Below, piece after piece: positions 1 to 5,985 of a DNA stretch of 17,840 bases. This DNA is from Gemmatimonadota bacterium (GTDB lineage: Bacteria; Gemmatimonadota; Gemmatimonadetes; Gemmatimonadales; GWC2-71-9). The notes below the pieces were generated by a model. That model ran no database searches. It was not told where the DNA came from and saw nothing but the letters and a program-made list of their open reading frames with translations. Position numbers and translations under genes: made by a program. The stretch covers positions 1 through 17,840 of the forward strand of contig QHTZ01000041.1 in assembly GCA_003221005.1 (NCBI GenBank), written 5' to 3'. Position 1 is the stretch's first letter; each line of letters begins with the position of its first letter.

Positions 1-323
1 AAGACTCGCCCCGCTCCTACGACCCGCCGGCTCGGATGGTGGGCCTCTACCTACGCGCCCACCAACCCGACCAGGCGCTGCAGGCGTATCGGACCGCGGC
101 GGGCATCTACGACCGGGTCCCGTGGCTGTTCATGTGGGGAGCGGATGCGGCGTTCGCGGCCGGCCAGCCGGCGGTGGCGGATTCGGCGCTCGGGCGGCTC
201 GAGCAGCTCTGCGATCGCTGTCAGCACTACTACTACTTCGAAGCGGCTGCGGCACTATTCCGGGGTGACTCAGCGGTGGCGAATGCTATCCTTGCTCGCA
301 TGCCGCCGGCCCGTACCCCCTAA
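1..323 (+). CDS. 3' end of a TPR-like helical-repeat protein (partial, begins before the window)
   Basis: The frame is open from base 3 (DSPRSYDPPARMVGLYLRAHQPDQALQAYRTAAGIYD...) to TAA at 321-323. The Ala/Leu/Tyr-rich helical pattern (QALQAYRTA, AAFAAGQPAVADSAL) resembles TPR motifs. Confidence 0.6.
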   Translation, partial: DSPRSYDPPARMVGLYLRAHQPDQALQAYRTAAGIYDRVPWLFMWGADAAFAAGQPAVADSALGRLEQLCDRCQHYYYFEAAAALFRGDSAVANAILARMPPARTP

Positions 324-351
324 GGGGGTCGGGGCGTCCCCTACGGTTCGT

Positions 352-394
352 CTTGCAACGGGCGGAAGGCCTCGCAGAAACGGAGAGTTGCAAG
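352..394. promoter_or_regulatory. Inverted repeat CTTGCAAC-N27-GTTGCAAG, candidate upstream activator site for pilin copy 1
   Basis: Perfect 8-bp inverted repeat (352-359 / 387-394), about 80-120 bp upstream of a sigma54 -24/-12 motif. It shares the TGCA core seen at 4079-4110. Confidence 0.35.
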
Positions 395-473
395 GGGCGA
401 GCAAGTGGGCCGAGGGCCGGTGATCAACACCTAAGTGCAAGGTACGCGTATTGTTGTAGAGAAAATGGTGCGG

Positions 474-489
474 CGGCATGGCGCTTGCT
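474..489 (+). promoter_or_regulatory. sigma54 (RpoN) -24/-12 promoter of pilin copy 1
   Basis: CGGCATGGCGCTTGCT: GG(475-476)-N10-GC(487-488), close to consensus TGGCAC-N5-TTGCW. It lies about 75 bp upstream of the pilin ATG, and a sigma54 activator gene is in the locus. Confidence 0.75.
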
Positions 490-563
490 TTTCACATCAT
501 CGGCATTCGTCGCCTCCATAGGACATGATGACTGGGGTAGGGCCTCAACAAGGGGATATACAG

Positions 564-1022
564 ATGAACCGCAAGGGTTTCACGCTCATTGAGCTGCTGA
601 TCGTGGTCGTGATCATCGGCATCTTGGCCGCGATCGCGATCCCGAAGTTCGCCAACACGAAGGAAAAGGCGTACATCGCCTCCATGAAGTCCGACCTGCG
701 GAACATGGTGACGGCCGAAGAGGCGTACTTCGCCGACTCGGTGAAGTACAGCACCAACGTCCAGTGCGCCAATCCGGCGCCGGCAGGCTCGGTGGCGTGG
801 TGTGCCACGACCGGGAACTCGCTGCAGGCGAATCCGACCGTCGGGACGGGCACGCAGGCGGGGTGGACGGTTGCCATCAAGAACCTGAACACCGCCAAGA
901 GCTGCGCGATTTACGTCGGCGCGGTCACTCCGGTGACACCCGCCGCTCTTGTTTTATTCTGGAACTCCTGTGGCTTGCCGGAGGTCTCGCATTCGGCAAA
1001 AAACTTCGCACCAAATCGATAA
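564..1022 (+). CDS. pilA: Type IV major pilin, copy 1; native C-terminus apparently deleted, reads through into intergenic DNA
   Basis: ATG at 564 follows an AAGGGG RBS. Prepilin motif MNRKG|FTLIELLIVVVIIGILAAIAIP with Glu5. 123 of the first 128 aa are identical to copy 2. After ...VTPAA the sequence switches to terminator-like DNA, giving an unrelated tail (LVLFWNSCG...). Confidence 0.85.
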   Translation: MNRKGFTLIELLIVVVIIGILAAIAIPKFANTKEKAYIASMKSDLRNMVTAEEAYFADSVKYSTNVQCANPAPAGSVAWCATTGNSLQANPTVGTGTQAGWTVAIKNLNTAKSCAIYVGAVTPVTPAALVLFWNSCGLPEVSHSAKNFAPNR

Positions 1023-1107
1023 AATCGCCAATTCGGACGTGAGGCCACGCTGGGCTCGGACTACCCAATTGCCGATAGCATAGTGACTTACGGCCCGTGC
1101 CCCCGGA

Positions 1108-1123
1108 AGGCATAGCCTTTGCG
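1108..1123 (+). promoter_or_regulatory. sigma54 -24/-12 promoter of pilin copy 2
   Basis: AGGCATAGCCTTTGCG: GG(1109-1110)-N10-GC(1121-1122), about 70 bp upstream of the ATG at 1193. Confidence 0.75.
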
Positions 1124-1192
1124 TAATTTGGCGCACCGGTGAGCTCTGTTTCAGCCGTTTCGGATGTGTGCCGTTCTCTCTAGGGGGACCAG

Positions 1193-1612
1193 ATGAACCG
1201 CAAGGGTTTTACGCTGATTGAGCTGCTGATCGTGGTCGTGATCATCGGCATCTTGGCCGCGATCGCGATCCCGAAGTTCGCGAACACGAAGGAAAAGGCG
1301 TACATCGCTTCGATGAAGTCCGACCTTCGGAACATGGTGACGGCCGAAGAGGCCTACTTCGCCGACTCGGTGAAGTACAGCACCAACGTCCAGTGCGCCA
1401 ACCCGGCGGCGGCGGGCACGGTTTCGTGGTGCGCCACGACCGGGAACACGCTGCAGGCGAACCCGACCGTCGGGACGGGGACGCAGGCGGGATGGACGGT
1501 CGCGATCAAGAACCTGAACACGTCCAAGAGTTGCGCGATTTACGTCGGCGCGGTCACTCCGGTGACCCCGGCGGCGACCACGGATCCCGAGGGCGCGCCG
1601 GTTTGCCGGTAA
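1193..1612 (+). CDS. pilA: Type IV major pilin, copy 2 (intact, 139 aa)
   Basis: Class III signal MNRKG|FTLIELLIVVVIIGILAAIAIPKF. Four Cys, including a C-terminal one (PVCR). RBS AGGGGG, own promoter and own terminator. Confidence 0.92.
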   Translation: MNRKGFTLIELLIVVVIIGILAAIAIPKFANTKEKAYIASMKSDLRNMVTAEEAYFADSVKYSTNVQCANPAAAGTVSWCATTGNTLQANPTVGTGTQAGWTVAIKNLNTSKSCAIYVGAVTPVTPAATTDPEGAPVCR

Positions 1613-1634
1613 GCCTCTGGGCCTGAAGCAGCAC

Positions 1635-1671
1635 GGGAGCGGCGGGGCTTTCCCCGCCGCTCTTTTGTTTT
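1635..1671 (+). terminator. Rho-independent terminator after pilin copy 2
   Basis: Stem GAGCGGCGGGG (1637-1647), loop CTTT, CCCCGCCGCTC (1652-1662), followed by TTTTGTTTT. Confidence 0.92.
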
Positions 1672-1687
1672 AGCTATTGATGCACCC

Positions 1688-2824
1688 ATGGCGTCCAAAC
1701 CGTCGCTCCGCACGGAGCTGCTGTTCAACCTCGCGTTCCTCGCCGCCGCGGCGCTGCTGCTCGGAGTGGGGACGATCCTCCTGGCCAGCACCTTTGCTCC
1801 GGAACGCGCGTTCCCCCTGGTGCTCACGATCGTGGCGCTCGACGTCGGGATCTTCATCGTGTTCGGCCATTACATCGTGACGCGACATGTGCTGCGGCCG
1901 GTGGAGCGCCTGATGGCCGTGGCCGATGCGGTCGTCGGCGGTGACCTGGTCGCCCGCGCGCCGGATGCCGAGACAAGCGACTTCGCCACGCTCGCTGCGC
2001 GCCTCAACCGCATGACCGATCATCTGCTCGACGCCCAGAGCCAGCTGGTGCGCTCCGAGAAGCTCGCGAGCATCGGGAGGCTCGCCGCCGGGATCGCACA
2101 CGAGGTCGGCAACCCGCTCGGCGCGATGGGGACCTACGTGGAGGTGCTGCGGCGGCGGGGCGGGGATCCCGAGGTGGTCCAAGGGCTGACGCGCGAGCTG
2201 GACCGCATCGACGCGATCATCCGCGGTCTGCTCGACTACGCCCGTCCCCGCGAGGAGCCGCTTCAGCCCATCGAGCCTGGAGCGGTGTTGCGCAGCACGT
2301 TCGCGCTGCTCGAGGCCCAAGGAGCCTTCAAGCCGGTGCGGGCAGCGTTGGACGTCGCGGATGGGGTCCCGCGGGTCATGGGCCGAGGGCATCTGCTCGA
2401 GCAGGCGCTCGTGAACCTGCTCCTCAACGCCGTGGACGCGGCGGGTGCTGGCCGGGGGGGGGGCGTGGTCATACTCGGCGCAAGGCGCTGGGCCTACGAG
2501 CCGGGCCGGGCCGCTCCCAAGCGCGCGAGCGACGACGGCGGCATCGAGTTTCCCAGAACCCCGCCGCGCCGCCCCGCGCGCAGCGAGTTCGCGGCGGGCC
2601 TCCCAGGGGCTCTGCTGTTCGTCGCTGACTCCGGTCCCGGTGTGGCGCCCGAGGACCGCGAGCGCGTCTTCGACCCCTTCTTCACCACCAGGCCGCCGGG
2701 ACAGGGGACGGGCCTGGGGCTCGCCATCGTGGCCCGGGCAGTCCACGACATGGGGGGCGTGGTTTGGGTAGATCCGGCGCGCGAGGGCGGGGCCGCGTTC
2801 AAGCTGTTCTTCCCCGCGGTATGA
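1688..2824 (+). CDS. Membrane sensor histidine kinase, PilS-like by context (2 TM, HAMP, HisKA, HATPase)
   Basis: Two hydrophobic helices, HAMP (LRPVERLM...LAARLNRM), H-box LAAGIAHEVGNPL, N-box LVNLLLNAVDA, G1 DSGPG, F-box FDPFFTT, G2 GTGLGL. It lies between the pilins and a sigma54 activator. Confidence 0.9.
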   Translation: MASKPSLRTELLFNLAFLAAAALLLGVGTILLASTFAPERAFPLVLTIVALDVGIFIVFGHYIVTRHVLRPVERLMAVADAVVGGDLVARAPDAETSDFATLAARLNRMTDHLLDAQSQLVRSEKLASIGRLAAGIAHEVGNPLGAMGTYVEVLRRRGGDPEVVQGLTRELDRIDAIIRGLLDYARPREEPLQPIEPGAVLRSTFALLEAQGAFKPVRAALDVADGVPRVMGRGHLLEQALVNLLLNAVDAAGAGRGGGVVILGARRWAYEPGRAAPKRASDDGGIEFPRTPPRRPARSEFAAGLPGALLFVADSGPGVAPEDRERVFDPFFTTRPPGQGTGLGLAIVARAVHDMGGVVWVDPAREGGAAFKLFFPAV

Positions 2825-4078
2825 CGCGAGTCCTGGTCGTCGACGACGAGCCCGGCCTGCGGCAGTCGCTCGGGTTGTTACTCACCGACGCGGGGTTCGA
2901 GGTTGCCGCCGAGAGCGATGGACGGCGCGCCCTCGAGCGGGCTACCCAAGAGCCGTTCGACATCATCCTGTGCGACGTGCGCATGCCGCAGCTCGATGGC
3001 CTGGAGTTCCTGCGGGCGTATCAAAAGCGCGACGGCGGTGCCCTCGTCATCATGATGAGCGCATACGGCGGGGAGGAGGCCGCCCTCGCCGCGATGAAGG
3101 AGGGCGCGTACGACTACATCCCGAAGCCGTTCCGCTCGGACGAGGTCGTGCTCACCCTCCGCAAGGCGGAAGAGCGGGAGCGCCTCGGCAACACCATCGC
3201 GACACTAAGGGCACAGCTTGGCGCCAGTCCAGAGAGCCGCGCCGTCGTGGCGGAGAGCGCGGCGATGCAGGCGGCGCTCGACATCGTCGGCCGGGTCGCG
3301 GCGCACAAGAGCACCGTGCTCATCACGGGGGAGAGCGGCACCGGGAAGGAGGTCATCGCCCAGGCGATCCACCGCGCCAGCCCCCGTGCCGCGCAGCTGC
3401 TCGTGGCGATCAACTGCGCCGCGATCCCAGAAGCGCTCCTCGAATCGGAGCTCTTCGGGCACGTGCGGGGCGCGTTCACGGGCGCCACCGCGGACAATGC
3501 CGGGCTGTTCGAGCAGGCCGATAAGGGCACCCTGTTCCTGGACGAGATCGGCGAGCTGCCCCTCGGCCTCCAGGCCAAGCTGCTCCGGGTGCTCCAGGAC
3601 GGGGAGGTGCGGCGCGTGGGCGACCAGCGGGTCCGGCGCGTGGACGTCCGGGTGCTCGCTGCGACCGCCAAAGACCTGACCGGCGAGGTGGCCGCGGGGC
3701 GGTTCCGGGACGACCTGTTCTACCGGCTCAACGTGATCACCGTGCATCTGCCGCCGCTCGCCGAGCGGCGGGCCGATATCGCGCCTCTGGCCCGGCACAT
3801 CGCGGCGCAGCTCGCGCGCCGCATGGGACGGCGGGTAGCGCTGACGCCCGCGGCGCTGGCGTGGCTCGAGGGACCTCAGCCCTGTTGCTCCTCTCCGCAC
3901 CGCGGAGGGGGAGTCAGGGGGGGAAGGCACGCTGCGCGAGGCAGTGGACGAGGCCGAGCGCGCGGCGATCAGCGCGGCTCTGGGAGCCGTGGCCGGAAAT
4001 CGTCGCGCGGCGGCCAAACGCCTGGGCGTGAGCTTGCGCACCCTGTTCTATAAGATGGAGCGCTACCATCTCGAGTAG
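2821..4078 (+). pseudogene. sigma54-dependent response regulator (NtrC family, PilR-like), disrupted near 3870 by an apparent deletion plus frameshift
   Basis: ATG 2821 overlaps the kinase stop (ATGA). Receiver (VLVVDDE, CDVRMP, YIPKPF), Walker [15 protein letters not shown], Walker [20 protein letters not shown]. The WPGNxREL motif is absent. A Fis-type HTH (TLREAVDEAERAAISAAL...GNRRAAAKRLGVSLRTLFYKMERYHLE*) is in another frame, 3872-4078. Confidence 0.85.
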
Positions 4079-4110
4079 TGCAATTTCTTGCAGCCACGCA
4101 GCATTTTGCA
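4079..4110. promoter_or_regulatory. Tandem palindromic sites TGCA-N6-TGCA, candidate activator-binding sites for the minor pilin operon
   Basis: TGCAATTTCTTGCA (4079-4092, 5-bp perfect arms) and CGCAGCATTTTGCA (4097-4110), 18 bp apart, upstream of a sigma54-like motif. Confidence 0.5.
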
Positions 4111-4166
4111 GGTGTTTTGACGGCGCTCGATCATGGTAAGTCGTTGTAATAAACTACTTTAAGATA

Positions 4167-4182
4167 TGGCACGCATTGTGTA
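4167..4182 (+). promoter_or_regulatory. Probable sigma54 promoter of the minor pilin operon (non-canonical -12)
   Basis: TGGCACGCATTGTGTA: perfect -24 element TGGCACG, but GT instead of GC at the -12 position (4180-4181). Confidence 0.5.
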
Positions 4183-4210
4183 ACGGTGTTCCTCGACCGG
4201 AGGCATGGCT

Positions 4211-4669
4211 ATGCGCCGCAGCGGCTTCACAATGCTCGAGCTGATGATCGTGATCGTGATCGTCGGGGTGCTGGCGCTGGTCGGTTTTCCCAAGATCAAG
4301 GACGCGATCCAGAAGACCAACGTGCGCTCGGCGCGGGTCGCCGCAGGGACCTACGTGGCGACGGCGCGGGCGGCGGCGATCCAGCGGGGCTGCCGCGGCG
4401 TCGTGCACTTTTCGGCGTCCACCGGGGCCGTGTGGGTGACGGTGTGCCCCCGCATGTCGCCGACCGGATCCGGGACGATCGACACGATCGGCGTGGTGAG
4501 CCAGCTCGGCACGCTCTATAACATCACGCTGAGCGAGACTCAGGACTCCGTGCAATTCGATCCGCGCGGGCTGCGCCTCAACAACAATTCCACTACCGTG
4601 TGGTTCGCCGCGAGCTCCGGGGAGCAGGATTCGATCGTCATCAACCAGCTGGGCAAGGTGGTGCGCTGA
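4211..4669 (+). CDS. FimT/FimU (GspH-like) minor pilin
   Basis: MRRSG|FTMLELMIVIVIVGVL prepilin motif, with ARAAAIQRG, VQFDPRG and INQLGKV motifs typical of FimT/GspH. GGAGG at 4199-4203 favours the ATG at 4211 over 4205. Confidence 0.8.
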   Translation: MRRSGFTMLELMIVIVIVGVLALVGFPKIKDAIQKTNVRSARVAAGTYVATARAAAIQRGCRGVVHFSASTGAVWVTVCPRMSPTGSGTIDTIGVVSQLGTLYNITLSETQDSVQFDPRGLRLNNNSTTVWFAASSGEQDSIVINQLGKVVR

Positions 4670-4671
4670 CC

Positions 4672-5043
4672 ATGAAGAACGAGCGTGGGTTTACGATCGT
4701 CGAGGTCATCGTGGCGATCATCGTGCTGACGGTGGGGCTGCTGGGTCTCGTGACCACGTCCGCCCTGGTGACGCGCATGATCGCCCGCGGGCAGCGGTCC
4801 AACAACGCGGCCACGTTCGCGGCCCGGCGCCTCGAGATCCTGCGCGCTACCGCCTGCAGGGGGCGGGCCGCGGGGAGGGACACGCTCACGACGCAAAGCG
4901 GCACCGTGGTCGCGATCAACTCCTGGGGGTTCAACGACCAGGGGAACAAGCACTGGACGGTAGTGGACACCGCCACGTACCAGACGGCTCAGGGTAACTG
5001 GCGCACCGACATCATGGAGACCGAAGTCTCATGCCTCTTCTAG
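4672..5043 (+). CDS. PilV-like minor pilin
   Basis: MKNERG|FTIVEVIVAIIVLTVGLLGL and A..LE.LR motif. Second gene of the fimU-pilVWX arrangement. The true start is ATG 4672, not 4600. Confidence 0.8.
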   Translation: MKNERGFTIVEVIVAIIVLTVGLLGLVTTSALVTRMIARGQRSNNAATFAARRLEILRATACRGRAAGRDTLTTQSGTVVAINSWGFNDQGNKHWTVVDTATYQTAQGNWRTDIMETEVSCLF

Positions 5044-5948
5044 GACGTCGAGGGTTCACCCTCGTGGAGCTGATGATCGCGATCGTGCTGCTGGGCATCT
5101 TCGCGACCGGTGTCTACCAGGTGTTGCTTAACAACCAGCGCAGCTTTGCGGCCCAGACGCAGCGCATCGACCTGCAGCAGAACATCCGCGCTGCGACGAC
5201 GATCCTGCCTGCGGAGTTTCGCGAGATGGACGCGGGAGACTCGGACATCGTGGCGATGGACTCGTCCAGCATCACGATGCGGGCGATGCGGCAGCTGGCC
5301 TTCATCTGCGACGCCCCGGCGCTCGGGGGCGGCGCCGGGAACATTTCGTTTACGGTGCGGCAGACTCCGTTCTTCGGCAACCGCCAGAGCTTCCAGGCGG
5401 GGGACTCGGTGCTCGTCTTTTACGAGGGCAATCCGGCGCGGCGGAGCGACGACCAGTGGGTGCGCGGCGCGGTCACATCGTCATCGAACCTTGCGTGCAC
5501 GGACGGCAGCGCCGGCTTTCAGGTGCAGCTCCAGCCGCAGTGGATCAACGGCAACGTCGGGTTCAACGTCGCCGGGGCGATCACCGCTGGCTCGCCGGTG
5601 CGTGGGTTCACCTCGCTCACGTACAGGCTCTGGCAGTCGCCTTCGGACAATCTGTACTACCTGGCGCAGCAGGTCGGGAATGGGACGCCGCAGCCGCTGG
5701 TCGGCCCCCTCATGGGGGCGAATGGGCTTGGCTTCACGTACTACGACTCGACCGGGACAACGACGACCGGCGACCGGGCCCAGGTGGCCCTGATCGGGGT
5801 CAAAGTGCGGGGCCGTACCTCGCAGGTGATCCGCCAGGCCAACGACCCGGCCCTGGCCTACAAGTACGACAGCGTCAGCATCCAGGTCGCGTTGCGGAAC
5901 AATCCGCGCTGCGGCCCAGGATCGATGCCGTTTAGAGCTTGCGGTTGA
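5031..5948 (+). CDS. PilW-like minor pilin
   Basis: GRRG|FTLVELMIAIVLLG, LQQNIRAA..IL..EFRE, GLGFTYYD and C-terminal VALRN, which are typical PilW/GspJ features. Confidence 0.8.
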   Translation: MPLLGRRGFTLVELMIAIVLLGIFATGVYQVLLNNQRSFAAQTQRIDLQQNIRAATTILPAEFREMDAGDSDIVAMDSSSITMRAMRQLAFICDAPALGGGAGNISFTVRQTPFFGNRQSFQAGDSVLVFYEGNPARRSDDQWVRGAVTSSSNLACTDGSAGFQVQLQPQWINGNVGFNVAGAITAGSPVRGFTSLTYRLWQSPSDNLYYLAQQVGNGTPQPLVGPLMGANGLGFTYYDSTGTTTTGDRAQVALIGVKVRGRTSQVIRQANDPALAYKYDSVSIQVALRNNPRCGPGSMPFRACG

Positions 5949-5985
5949 GGGGAGCACTGTACTCGTGAACCCGAAGGAGTGGTCC

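Larger units (their letters stand above)
564..1570 (+). repeat. Tandem duplication of the pilin coding region (564-938 vs 1193-1567, offset 629 bp)
   Basis: Manual alignment gives about 24 substitutions in 375 bp (about 94% identity), 19 synonymous and 5 non-synonymous. Similarity begins at CAG-ATG and the upstream promoter regions do not align. Confidence 0.95.

Noticed and set aside
564-1022. Neisseria-style silent pilin cassette
   Set aside because: Silent cassettes lack the 5' end and promoter. Copy 1 has a promoter, RBS and full N-terminus and is damaged at the 3' end.
564-1570. Diversity-generating retroelement TR/VR pair formed by the two pilin copies
   Set aside because: The differences are mostly synonymous third-position changes and are not adenine-specific. 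No reverse transcriptase is in the window.
1208-1612. Electrically conductive (Geobacter-type) pilin
   Set aside because: The N-terminal helix resembles Geobacter PilA (F1, F24, Y32, Y50, F51, Y57), but position 27 is Thr and aromatics are only 9/134 (about 7%). No cytochromes are in the window, and the e-pilus criteria are themselves disputed.
3917-3923. G7 run as the cause of the regulator frameshift
   Set aside because: Losing one G would rejoin the HTH frame but would not restore the missing WPGNxREL segment. The +1 frame already reads as a plausible linker (DLSP...) from 3872, upstream of the run.
525-5985. ORF-track starts at 525, 2764, 4600 and 5965
   Set aside because: RBS position, prepilin leader length and stop/start overlaps support 564, 2821, 4672 and 5986 instead.
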